From assembly GCA_045046875.1 (NCBI GenBank), contig JASFYY010000078.1:1-64000 (forward strand): a stretch of DNA of 64,000 nt. Direction: 5' to 3'. Positions 1 through 9,597 of the stretch are shown piece by piece. The notes beneath the pieces were generated by a model, which made no database searches, was not told the DNA's origin, and was given only the letters and a program-made list of their open reading frames with translations. How positions within the stretch are numbered: position 1 is the stretch's first letter; the number at the start of each line of letters is the position of its first letter. Made by a program: the position numbers and the translations under genes. Origin of the DNA: Verrucomicrobiota bacterium. GTDB taxonomy: Bacteria; Verrucomicrobiota; Verrucomicrobiia; Verrucomicrobiales; DEV007.

Positions 1-259
1 GACCGCTGTGCATTTCGCCCTTTGCAGGGCTGGGAGAATTGGATTTTTTACCCAGTGCTGCGCACTGGGCTATATCATTGAGCACCGTTGGTGCAAAAGC
101 GATGAAAGTAAACTGTCCTGAAAGGACAAAATGTGATAGCCCAGTGCGAAGCGCTGGGGTTAAATCGGGTTTATTACCAGCCCTAAAAGGGCGACATGAT
201 GTTGATGGGTGATAAGGTAGCTTTCAATAAGCAATGGCTAACTTATTTGTCCTGCACCC
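1..259 (+). mobile_element. MITE copy 1 (left end outside window), contains REP-like doublet
   Basis: Colinear with and highly similar to 30044-30299; ends in the right TIR ...GCTAACTTATTTGTCCTGCACCC. Confidence 0.85.
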
Positions 260-405
260 CTCTGCGCTTGTAGAGGAATTGATGAATTGAGATTTGAAGA
301 CAACTACTGGTCGAGCAAACTATTCTCGATGCACGTCTGCAAAGTGCCATGGAGTATTTGCGAGAAGGAGGCTAAGGAATTGCAGTTGAGGAGCTTCCAG
401 CCGTT

Positions 406-1491
406 TTATTCATCAAAAACAGGTTTGCCTTTGGTCTCCTGCGTAGAGCCTTCCTTATTACCGGCCGGTACAGACGATTTCATTGTGGGCCGTTTTTTGC
501 CATCAATAATGATGAGCGCGCTGTTCTCAACCCGAAAATTAGTGTTGGTTTGCTCACAAACATAAACCAGCAAGGTGGCTAAGGATACATTCTTTAAATT
601 CAGATCAACCATGCCGCTTGTTTTCTTGCTTTGATTCACCACATTAAAACGTCCCCCGGTGTGATGTCTGATCAGTTGCAAAGTTTCCTCCAGTGAAGAT
701 CCGCTGATTTTCACTTCAGGAATGAGCTTGTTTTTCATCCAGGAAAACCCTGCGGGACTCGCCCTAATCTGAGGTATGGGTGCTGCCTTCAGGTCTGCTT
801 TATGTCCAAATACAACAGCGCCCCGATCAATCCGGTAGCTGAGTTCGGGACCTACTGCTGCCGAGATAAATCGAATCACCGAAGACAGTCGTGCATCTTT
901 CAGATCCAGACTCACTGGCAAATCATTTACCGGGGCATCAGGATTATTAATAAGCAGAAAATTAGGGCTTCTTGCCTGCCTCTTCCCCTGTTTCAGCTCA
1001 TCCACATGGCTTTGCAGAAAACTGATCACCTCTGAGACAGCGGCTTCTTCCAATTGCAAAGATGGAATCGTGATCAAAGCTAATTGTGATGCCGCGCTCC
1101 CGCGCCCGGTCACTACCTTCGCTTCATTCCAATCACTTATGGCACGCAAAACATCTTTTTTCGGCCCGACAAGAACTCCATCGGGTACAATTTTAGCCAC
1201 ACAGTTCGTTAGGTCGCAAGCATACTTAAGCAAGGCACTGAGTGGCACATTATTCAGCTGCAAAGTCAGCTTTTTCGATCCACTGCCTTCACCGAGTAAA
1301 ATGAAATTCACCGGACGCTTAAGTAGCTCTTCTGACTTTGCGCTGATAAATCTCAGCACCTCTCCCAGTTCCGCGTCAGCAAGACTCACTGATGCCACAC
1401 GAGCAGTCCCGATACTCATCGGGGTTTCACTTTCAGCAACGCCACGCCCGGCCAGGCAGGCGGTAATAAGAATCATTAAGCAATACTTCAT
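406..1491 (-). CDS. Secreted protein with three tandem STN/secretin-N-like domains
   Basis: Signal peptide, then three ~80-aa repeats of pattern [IV]xx[VL]xL..A.L.E[VT]..F...N....[VL].L.L.NV.L..LL.Y.C; no secretin barrel. Confidence 0.65.
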   Translation of the reverse strand: MKYCLMILITACLAGRGVAESETPMSIGTARVASVSLADAELGEVLRFISAKSEELLKRPVNFILLGEGSGSKKLTLQLNNVPLSALLKYACDLTNCVAKIVPDGVLVGPKKDVLRAISDWNEAKVVTGRGSAASQLALITIPSLQLEEAAVSEVISFLQSHVDELKQGKRQARSPNFLLINNPDAPVNDLPVSLDLKDARLSSVIRFISAAVGPELSYRIDRGAVVFGHKADLKAAPIPQIRASPAGFSWMKNKLIPEVKISGSSLEETLQLIRHHTGGRFNVVNQSKKTSGMVDLNLKNVSLATLLVYVCEQTNTNFRVENSALIIIDGKKRPTMKSSVPAGNKEGSTQETKGKPVFDE

Positions 1492-1635
1492 CGGCTCAGG
1501 ATACTCAAACGAAGCATCGAAGGGAAGCTAAAGAACTCACAAATTTTGCGAAGCCGTCGAATTGCATTGTTTGAATCATTTCGACAACGTTTTTCTAAGG
1601 ATGTTTATGCGTCCCTCATTAAGCTCACTAATCAC

Positions 1636-1740
1636 CAACGCTTTAATGTCGCCCATTCAGGGCTGATGGTGGCCTATCGACCAGACCCAGGGCCGATGTC
1701 CCGGGCTATCATATGACTGCCCCGTTGGGGCGTAATAACT
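1636..1740 (-). repeat. 105-bp REP-like three-hairpin unit
   Basis: Reverse complement aligns along its length with 43664-43768; hairpins GCCCATTCAGGGC, CCCAGGGC..GTCCCGGG and GCCCCGTTGGGGC. Confidence 0.85.
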
Positions 1741-1840
1741 AACACGGTCCCTACCACTTGCGATTTACCCGTATTTTGAATTCACCATTTAGCCTGACGT
1801 ATTTACTGGACTATGGGTCAGGGAGGGAGGCTGATTCAGG

Positions 1841-2713
1841 TCAGAATTGCCAGCCGAAGCCGATGTTGGAGAAGAACTTGGCGGCTTGGTCATTCAAGCC
1901 CCAACCGACACGGATGCCGACTTCTAAATTTTTGGTAATGAGGTAATGGACCCCGGGACTGATGTAATGTTTTTCCGTTTTGGAATCCGGTGTGTTGTCG
2001 AAATTGCCGAAATATTCGAGGTGCGCCTTGGTTTTTTCCGACAAGGGAATTTTGATGACAGTGGATGGGGCCCACTGCTCGGATGATCCTTCATCTCCTC
2101 CACGAGTACCGTAACGAATCGAGGTATCCCAAAGCCATCCATTCCTCAACTCCCAACCGAATACATAATAGCCTCCGAAGCTGGTTGCTGTCGAGTGCCC
2201 GAGGATCGGGGTTGATCCCTGGATGATGAGAGCACTATCGGGCAACCAACCACGTTGATCCGTGATTGCGAACTTCAAACCGTAATTCACATTCGCGTCT
2301 TCCTCAAGTCCGCCATCTTCATGTTTACCTCCCTCAGCAAAAGCGCCTTTGGAATTACTGACGTCCGCAGCTTCACCGCCAATTTCATAATTGGCACCTA
2401 CCCGGAGTTCCAGCCAGTCGGTTGCACCGTATCGAATGAGTAATTCCGGCAGACTATGAGTCTCTTTGGCATCGCGATTGTCGATAAAGGTCCATGCGGC
2501 CTCAATCATGATTTTGGATGGGGCAACGAGAGTGGTAGCTGGTGTGAAAGAATCACGATCGGTTTCGATTTCCCCTGTCTCTTCCATTTTTTCCGCTGGC
2601 AGGAATTGCCCCGGAAAGCTGTCAGGCTCAGCGGCATGAATGTGCCGGGAGGTGGCGAATACCATCAGGCTAAGTACGAGTGCTAGATACCAATTGCGTT
2701 TATGAGTGATCAT
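1841..2713 (-). CDS. Outer-membrane beta-barrel transporter (phenol MetA-like family)
   Basis: Signal peptide, IETDRDSFT N-terminal motif, amphipathic strands, C-terminal FGWQF. Confidence 0.7.
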   Translation of the reverse strand: MITHKRNWYLALVLSLMVFATSRHIHAAEPDSFPGQFLPAEKMEETGEIETDRDSFTPATTLVAPSKIMIEAAWTFIDNRDAKETHSLPELLIRYGATDWLELRVGANYEIGGEAADVSNSKGAFAEGGKHEDGGLEEDANVNYGLKFAITDQRGWLPDSALIIQGSTPILGHSTATSFGGYYVFGWELRNGWLWDTSIRYGTRGGDEGSSEQWAPSTVIKIPLSEKTKAHLEYFGNFDNTPDSKTEKHYISPGVHYLITKNLEVGIRVGWGLNDQAAKFFSNIGFGWQF

Positions 2714-2960
2714 TATTATTCCTGCTGAAAATTTGCTATTTTACCTGCCCTCCCTTCTTGAACGCCGTAGCCCCGCGGTCGTGGGACGAAGGATGCATAT
2801 AATAGTTTATTTTTGAGAATAGAACATAGAAAATTTCACCGTCAAGCTCACTGGCAATTAGGAGTGCCCTCGCTGTATTTTACAGCTTCATATCAAGCAT
2901 GATGAAGGCTTGACCAATAGTATTAGTGGACGTGATATTGATCGGGTCAGTTCCCCCGTC

Positions 2961-5021
2961 ATGAAAATTTTACCCAGCTTCATTGTTATTTTTGTTTTTC
3001 TCCCAAGTTTGCTTTTTGCAGAACTTGTTCATTTTGAAATAAAAGACCGGCAAGCTTTTGCCGCAGGGGAAGTATTCGGGAAAGTCGGTGCCTACGAGCG
3101 TATTATTGGCAGGGCATATTTTGAACTCGACCCGAAGGCGGCTGCCAATCGTGCTGTGCGTGATCTTGATAAAGCCCCGCGTAATAATAAAGGAAAAGTC
3201 GAGTTGTCGTGCGACATCTTTATTCTGGCGCCAAAGGATTTAAAAAAGGGTAACGGGGCGTTGTTGTATGGGGTGAACAATCGCGGCAACAAGTCTCTTT
3301 TGAGTTATTTCAATTACGGTGGCGGCGGCAATGACCCTTCGTCGAAGGCTCATGCGGGCAACGGCTTTTTGATGAAGCAGGGATTCACAGTTGTGTGGAG
3401 CGGCTGGGATGGCGAGTTGTTGCCGGGAAAAAATCGCCTGCGTCTTTGGCCGCCGATGGCGGGCGATGGCGAAAAATCGATCACGGGAATGGTGCGTTGC
3501 GAGATGGTTCCGCGTTCGGATATCACCAGAACAGTGGTGAACTGGGCTAATCACGGTTCGTATCGGCCAACGAAGAAGGGGTTGAAAACGGCAACACTCA
3601 CCCACCGCTTGCTCGCCGGCCATCCTAGGGTTCCCATCCCTCGTGATCAATGGGAGATTCATGTGAGTGAAGTGGAGAGCGATTTTCCGAATCAACTGCC
3701 CAAAGTGGAACTGGAGTATTCGGCGGGTTTGAAAAAAGCCCACATCTACGAGCTTATTTATGAAGCACAGGACCCTCTGGTGATGGGCACGGGATTTGCG
3801 ACGGTTCGTGATTTGATATCTGCTATCAAACACGGCAGTGGCAAAGGGAACCCTTTGCTGGTCGATGGCAAGCCGGTGATTGAGCGGGCGCACGGCTTTG
3901 GGGTTTCACAGAGCGGACGGTTTTTGCGTGAGTTTCTATATTGGGGATTTAACGCGGATGAGGAAAAACAAAAAGTATTCGACGGTCTGATTCCCCATGT
4001 GTCCGGATCGGGCATGGGCTCATTTAATCACCGCTTTGCCCAGCCGACCCGTCACGCAGGTCAACATGACCATCATGACTACCCTCCGGACCGTTTCCCC
4101 TTTGCCTACGGAAAACAAATTGATCCGCTGTCGGGTCAGCAGCAGGGACTTCTCGACCGTGCGATCGAAAGCGATACGGTTCCGTATATTCTGCACACCC
4201 AATCGACTTCGGAATATTGGAACCGAAGTGGTTCTCTGGTGCACACCGATCCTTTAGGGCAAAAGGACGTTGCGATTCCAGCTAATGTCCGGCTGTATTT
4301 TTTCGGCGGAACGCAACACGGGCCGAGTGCTTTTCCTCCCAAACAGGGTGATGGTCAAACGCTGGGAAATCCGGGCAATTTCAAACCCTATCTGCGCAGC
4401 CTGTTGTTGGCGCTGGATCGTTGGAGCGCGGGCGGGCAGTCGGCACCGCCGAGCGTGTATCCAAAAATCAGCGAGGGCACTCTGGTAGCTTGGACACAAA
4501 ATGCGACGGGTTTTCCCGATATTCCGGGCATTCGTTATCCGGGGGTGATTCAGCAACCTTCTTACCTGGATTTTGGACCCAGTTGGCAGAGCGACGGTAT
4601 CGTGAACAATCAGCCACCTTTGCCGCGAGGTGATTATCGAGTGCTGGTGCCGAAGTCGGATGCTGACGGCAATGATGTGGCTTGTTTGTCTCCACCCGAG
4701 GTGGCAGTTCCGGTAGCCACTTACGCCAGTTGGCGTTTGCGAAAAAAAGGCGCCGGAGCGGAAAATCAACTGCTCGCTTTGCAAGGCTCATACATTCCTT
4801 TTTCGCTAAGCAAGAAGGAGCGAGAGGAAAGAGGAGATCCTCGACTTTCTATTCAAGAGCGTTATGCTTCTCTGGATGATTACCTCGCCAAGCTCAGGGC
4901 GAAGTGCATCGAATTACAGAAAGCTGGTTATTTGCTACAGGAGGATGTTGAGAGGACAGTTGATATTCAGCGCGAGCGAGTGGCACCATTATTTGAAAAA
5001 CTGAATACAATAACAAAATGA
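2961..5021 (+). CDS. Secreted alpha/beta-hydrolase domain protein (Abhydrolase_10-like)
   Basis: Start moved to ATG 2961 (MKILPS.. signal peptide); NNRGN, GxSQSGR nucleophile elbow, EYW and GTQH motifs. Confidence 0.8.
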   Translation: MKILPSFIVIFVFLPSLLFAELVHFEIKDRQAFAAGEVFGKVGAYERIIGRAYFELDPKAAANRAVRDLDKAPRNNKGKVELSCDIFILAPKDLKKGNGALLYGVNNRGNKSLLSYFNYGGGGNDPSSKAHAGNGFLMKQGFTVVWSGWDGELLPGKNRLRLWPPMAGDGEKSITGMVRCEMVPRSDITRTVVNWANHGSYRPTKKGLKTATLTHRLLAGHPRVPIPRDQWEIHVSEVESDFPNQLPKVELEYSAGLKKAHIYELIYEAQDPLVMGTGFATVRDLISAIKHGSGKGNPLLVDGKPVIERAHGFGVSQSGRFLREFLYWGFNADEEKQKVFDGLIPHVSGSGMGSFNHRFAQPTRHAGQHDHHDYPPDRFPFAYGKQIDPLSGQQQGLLDRAIESDTVPYILHTQSTSEYWNRSGSLVHTDPLGQKDVAIPANVRLYFFGGTQHGPSAFPPKQGDGQTLGNPGNFKPYLRSLLLALDRWSAGGQSAPPSVYPKISEGTLVAWTQNATGFPDIPGIRYPGVIQQPSYLDFGPSWQSDGIVNNQPPLPRGDYRVLVPKSDADGNDVACLSPPEVAVPVATYASWRLRKKGAGAENQLLALQGSYIPFSLSKKEREERGDPRLSIQERYASLDDYLAKLRAKCIELQKAGYLLQEDVERTVDIQRERVAPLFEKLNTITK

Positions 5022-6745
5022 AAACTACCTCCAACCTCTGGCGCGCTTTTGTATTGACGGCTTTATTTCTCTGTGTGACTACATCTGGACCCTCGCGGGA
5101 GGGAGGGTTCACTTTCCAGAAAAACGTGATGATTGCAATGAGCGATGGCACGGAACTGGCGGCTAACCTTTTTCTACCCAAAGAAGGGGAATTATTTCCA
5201 ACCATTTTGATGCGCACGCCTTACGGCAAAGGCAGCAAAACAAACGGACAGGCGAGAGCGTATGTATCAAAAGGTTACGCGGTGATTATCCAAGACTGTC
5301 GCGGACGTGGGGATTCGAAGGGGATATGGGATCCTTTCCGTTATGATGCTGATGATGGTTTTGTGACTCAGGAGTGGGTGGGCAAACAGTCTTGGTCGAA
5401 TGGTAAAATCGGCACCGCGGGCGGATCGTATGTGGGTTGGTCGCAATGGGCTTCCGCGCCCAAAGGAAGTCAATATCTGACCGCCATGGTGCCCCAGGTG
5501 CCTTTCTGTAACGCCTATGACCTGGCTTACGATGGCGGAGCTTTCCAAATATCGTTGTTGATGGGGTGGGGTGCGAATGTTGGAGGAGTGAAATTGGATC
5601 CGGAACAACAGCAGCAAGCTTTTCGCTATTTGCCGCTGAATAAATATGATGATCAGTTCGACAAAGAAGTTTTCTATCTGACGGACTGGATCGATCATCC
5701 GGCATTCGATGATTACTGGGAACAGCGTGGCATTGGTCGTGATGGTTTTGAGAATATCACTGTGCCGATTCTGAACATCGGCGGGTGGTATGATATTTTT
5801 TCCAAAGTAACGCTGGATATGATCAACGGGGTGCGCAAAAAATCGAGCAGTGAAATTGCCCGTCGGAATCAGTTCGCAGTGCTAGGACCGTGGGGACACG
5901 GAGTGGGGGTAAGAAAAGTGGGAGATTTGGATTTTGGTGAAGCGGCGGCTTTGAATATTGGCGAACTACAGTTCAAGTGGTTTGAGCATTGGCTGAAACA
6001 GAAAGACACAGGGATCGAAGATTGGCCGAGGTTTTATCTTTTTGTGATGGGTGAGAATGTCTGGAGGGGCGAAGAAGAGTGGCCGCTGAAGCGCACTCAA
6101 TACACACCTTGGTATCTTCATAGTGGCGGTGATGCCAATGATCCGGATGGCAGTGGGATGTTGAGCCTTGGTAAGTCAGAACTTGGAAAAGTGGATTCTT
6201 TTGTTTACGATCCTGATAATCCTGCGCCGACCATGGGTGGTAATAACTTGGGGGGGGCTCCGATTGGGCCGTATGACCAATCGGAGGTAGAGAAACGTGA
6301 TGATATTCTGGTTTACACCAGCGAGCCATTGAAGCAGGCGGTCGAGGTGACTGGTACAGTGAAGATGATTCTCTACGCCGCTACCAGTGCTAAGGACACC
6401 GACTTCACCGCCAAGCTGGTGGACGTGCATCCGGATGGCAAAGCTTACAACCTTTGTGACGGCATTATCCGAGCCCGCTGGCGGAATTCACGCAGCAAGG
6501 CCGAGTTGGTCGAGCCGGGGGAAATCATCAAATATGAAATCGATTTGTGGGTGACGAGCAATTTGTTTAAAGCGGGACACCAGATCCGAGTCGAAATTTC
6601 CAGCAGCAATTTTCCGCGCTTTGATCGTAATGCAAACAGCGGAGGACCTTTTGGCGCAGACACAAAGTTATTCAAAGCCTCGCAGACGATTCATCACGAT
6701 GCGGAGCACGCGTCACATATTTTGTTGCCAGTCATCCCACGTTGA
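5018..6745 (+). CDS. CocE/NonD family hydrolase (peptidase S15-like)
   Basis: MRTPYGK, QDCRGRGDS, GGSY, GGWYD, GPWGH, SSSNFPRFDRN; ATGA overlap with the upstream gene. Confidence 0.92.
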   Translation: MKTTSNLWRAFVLTALFLCVTTSGPSREGGFTFQKNVMIAMSDGTELAANLFLPKEGELFPTILMRTPYGKGSKTNGQARAYVSKGYAVIIQDCRGRGDSKGIWDPFRYDADDGFVTQEWVGKQSWSNGKIGTAGGSYVGWSQWASAPKGSQYLTAMVPQVPFCNAYDLAYDGGAFQISLLMGWGANVGGVKLDPEQQQQAFRYLPLNKYDDQFDKEVFYLTDWIDHPAFDDYWEQRGIGRDGFENITVPILNIGGWYDIFSKVTLDMINGVRKKSSSEIARRNQFAVLGPWGHGVGVRKVGDLDFGEAAALNIGELQFKWFEHWLKQKDTGIEDWPRFYLFVMGENVWRGEEEWPLKRTQYTPWYLHSGGDANDPDGSGMLSLGKSELGKVDSFVYDPDNPAPTMGGNNLGGAPIGPYDQSEVEKRDDILVYTSEPLKQAVEVTGTVKMILYAATSAKDTDFTAKLVDVHPDGKAYNLCDGIIRARWRNSRSKAELVEPGEIIKYEIDLWVTSNLFKAGHQIRVEISSSNFPRFDRNANSGGPFGADTKLFKASQTIHHDAEHASHILLPVIPR

Positions 6746-6802
6746 GTAATTTCACCTTGTGAAGGGCTTTGGTGATTTGGGGGCTTGGGTTGCCGAGGAA
6801 TT

Positions 6803-9502
6803 TCAGTCACCCACAAATATCTCAAGATTGCGCTTTTTGTAAGTTTTGGTTCCGGGGCCGAAGGTCCAGTCGGGGGCTCTTTTCCCGTCAGCGGTATCGC
6901 TACTCTGATCTCCAATTCCTGCTCCTCTTCCGCGGGTGATCCCAAATAAAGTGACGGCTGCGTTTTGCTCATCATTGGTAAAAGCAAAAACCTGAAAAGA
7001 TCCATGTCCGAGTTGAGTAGTGCCCTTACTGTCTTTCCAATCATAGCGACTATCGCTGGAACCGAATTCTCCCGCGCCGTTGCCGCTATAATTGCTGGCC
7101 CAGAACTCTATGATGCCAGTCAATCCGGGACGGTTGAGCGCCTTTAGGTCGGCGCGGTTTGAGTCAATGACCAAGTTGGTCACGACGGTGCCTGGTTCGA
7201 CGATATTGGTATTGGCCTTCGGAACACCAAGAAGTTTGGGGTCGGTCTGGAATCGATCCATCGATACCCATACCCAGTCATCACCTAGTTCGACAAAATA
7301 ACCGACTCTTGTAAATGAGTCAGAGGTAATCTCTGCGGAGTGATCCTTGGTATATTCATCAGTGAAATCGAAATTATCGTCATCGACCGCGTATAACAAT
7401 CGAGCTCGTCTCAATCCGGAATTAGTGACGACTCCTCCGGGAATGGGGCCGGGTGGATTTGAAAGGAATTCTCTAGGCAGCAGTTCCCCTTTGGTAAAAC
7501 GGAATTCATCCATCGCAATGCGCTTGGGGTTATCCGGCGATCCTAAACGGAAAGGCGGCGAAGATGCTGCTGATTCGGCAGTGGCAATCTCTGAGTAAGG
7601 AATTTCAGTTTGATCAACGAGATCATCATCAAAATACAGATCGAGACGTCCTGCATTTGGATTGTCAGACTGGTGGTTCCATACCGCGGCAAAATAATGT
7701 GAGGTGGGTTGGTTGAGTGGGATTTCGTTATTTTGAGCGGTGATGGTATCGACACCGTTTGAATATAAAAAACGAATGCTACCACTGCCGTCGGGGGTGC
7801 TGGCAGATTTGAGGTCAAGCCGCCAGCCTTTTTCATCGCTGTTGTTTTGGGTGCCACCAATAAAAACGGGAGCTTGATCTGGGCTGATCAGCACCCAACC
7901 TTCAAAGGTGAAAGAAGAGTCGGGTCTAAGGGCAAATTTCCCCGAAGGATTTTTTTCAACCCAGGCACCGCGCGCTAATGAAGATGGATTAGCTGCGGAT
8001 GTCTGAGGCAGAGGGTCCGGCGCGATTTTATCAAATGACTTCGCCGGCGCTAGCTGTTGCAGTTGGATTCCCCCATTCTTAGTATTCAGGTCACCTTCGG
8101 CAGACTCGGAGTTCATCGGCCAGTGGGCGATAATTTCTAATTGTGGGGGGGCGGGTTTGGGTTTGAGGATTGGTTTTGGACTTGGGTTAGGTTGGGTTTT
8201 GGGGCTTGGCGGTGGTATTGATTTGAATTTTGGCTCGGCGATTTTTGCCATATTTTTGGGCTCAACTTTCAGAGGGACTTCTACCACCTTTTTTTCTGCC
8301 GTGGTTTTGTTTGCCTCTGTTACCGCCGGATCCGGACTAGGGGGAGCTTCGCTTGCGTACAGTTTTTCCACCGGACTCATCGATTCATAGTCCTGTCGGA
8401 TGGGGGAGGGCGCTTCATTTTTGAGATGTGTCGAGGGTAGATTAAGGGGTTTTTCAGTTAAAAGCGGCTCATCGGTGGAGGTCTCGGTATGTGGCGAGAA
8501 AAACCACCAAGCGCAAAGCACCAAGGCCGCAAGGCTGCCAATGATCAGGCTATTACGTTTTTTATGGCTAGAGCCAGTTGGCTCAATTGTGGCAGATGAG
8601 TCAGTTGTGGAAGAGGTGGCACTTGCGCGGTTTGAGATCGGCTTTGGTTTCGGCTTAGCGGCTGCGTCAAGCTTGGGGATATTCAGCTTGATGCGCTGGG
8701 TGGTTTTGAATGCATCGACAGCTTGAGATGGAACCGCCATATCTTGAACCTTGGCGGCTTCCAATCCGCTTGCGTGATCCAGCACTTGCAAGAAATAAGG
8801 CGAATGGGTGAGCGTGGTTGACTGCAATTCCTTACGATAAATATCAGTATCGAATTTGATTCGCCTGAAGAAAACCTCGCGTGTATCGGTATCGTAGATC
8901 ACGTATCGGGCGCGAATATCATCGGGGTTTCTCGGTTCGCCAACCGAACCGACATTTACGATGTAGCGGGATTTAGGATCCAGTTTTTGCTTGCTATCCG
9001 GCAGCAGGTTGACCGAGCCGTCAGGTAGCTGTTCAAAGATCAAAGGGAGATGGGTATGACCAATGAAGGTGACAAAGTGATCGCTGTTGGCAAAATTCGC
9101 TTTGGCATCGGCAATTTTATCTATGTAAGCAAAGCGACCTGGATCGCTTATCTCCGCATGAACAAAAAGGATGTCGTCAGTATCTAGTTGCAGGGGAACG
9201 TTGCGTAGGAATTTAAGTGAGTCTGCCGTGAGGTTTTTCCGGGTCCATAATACAACGGAATGGGCGTGATCATTGAAGATCGATGGGTCGATTAAGCCAG
9301 CCGCCGCCGCGTCATGATTACCAAGGACAAAGTGATCGGTGACGGATCGAATGCCATCTAGCACTTCTTGAGGTTTAGGTCCGTATCCGACCACGTCCCC
9401 CAGACAAATCAGGACATCAGCTTCTAGGTCGCGAATATCCGCGAGCACCTGTTTCCAAGCTGGCAAATTGCCATGAATATCTGAAAAAATTGCGTATCGC
9501 AT
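6803..9502 (-). CDS. Metallophosphoesterase + TM + Pro-rich linker + LamG-like + C-terminal domain
   Basis: SDIHGN, LGDVVGYG, GNHD, VHA, GHTH, NVGSVGEPR in the first ~240 aa; TM LIIGSLAALVLCAWWFF; SFTFEGWV..LYFD..MDEFRF LamG-like region. Confidence 0.8.
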   Translation of the reverse strand: MRYAIFSDIHGNLPAWKQVLADIRDLEADVLICLGDVVGYGPKPQEVLDGIRSVTDHFVLGNHDAAAAGLIDPSIFNDHAHSVVLWTRKNLTADSLKFLRNVPLQLDTDDILFVHAEISDPGRFAYIDKIADAKANFANSDHFVTFIGHTHLPLIFEQLPDGSVNLLPDSKQKLDPKSRYIVNVGSVGEPRNPDDIRARYVIYDTDTREVFFRRIKFDTDIYRKELQSTTLTHSPYFLQVLDHASGLEAAKVQDMAVPSQAVDAFKTTQRIKLNIPKLDAAAKPKPKPISNRASATSSTTDSSATIEPTGSSHKKRNSLIIGSLAALVLCAWWFFSPHTETSTDEPLLTEKPLNLPSTHLKNEAPSPIRQDYESMSPVEKLYASEAPPSPDPAVTEANKTTAEKKVVEVPLKVEPKNMAKIAEPKFKSIPPPSPKTQPNPSPKPILKPKPAPPQLEIIAHWPMNSESAEGDLNTKNGGIQLQQLAPAKSFDKIAPDPLPQTSAANPSSLARGAWVEKNPSGKFALRPDSSFTFEGWVLISPDQAPVFIGGTQNNSDEKGWRLDLKSASTPDGSGSIRFLYSNGVDTITAQNNEIPLNQPTSHYFAAVWNHQSDNPNAGRLDLYFDDDLVDQTEIPYSEIATAESAASSPPFRLGSPDNPKRIAMDEFRFTKGELLPREFLSNPPGPIPGGVVTNSGLRRARLLYAVDDDNFDFTDEYTKDHSAEITSDSFTRVGYFVELGDDWVWVSMDRFQTDPKLLGVPKANTNIVEPGTVVTNLVIDSNRADLKALNRPGLTGIIEFWASNYSGNGAGEFGSSDSRYDWKDSKGTTQLGHGSFQVFAFTNDEQNAAVTLFGITRGRGAGIGDQSSDTADGKRAPDWTFGPGTKTYKKRNLEIFVGD

Positions 9503-9597
9503 TTCTGAGGGGTGCCCGCCAAGTCAGGGCCGACACTAAGGAAAAGGCAGACCGGCAAAAAAGCAAATTCCTAGGAGCGTATGAGACGCAAAAAAAC

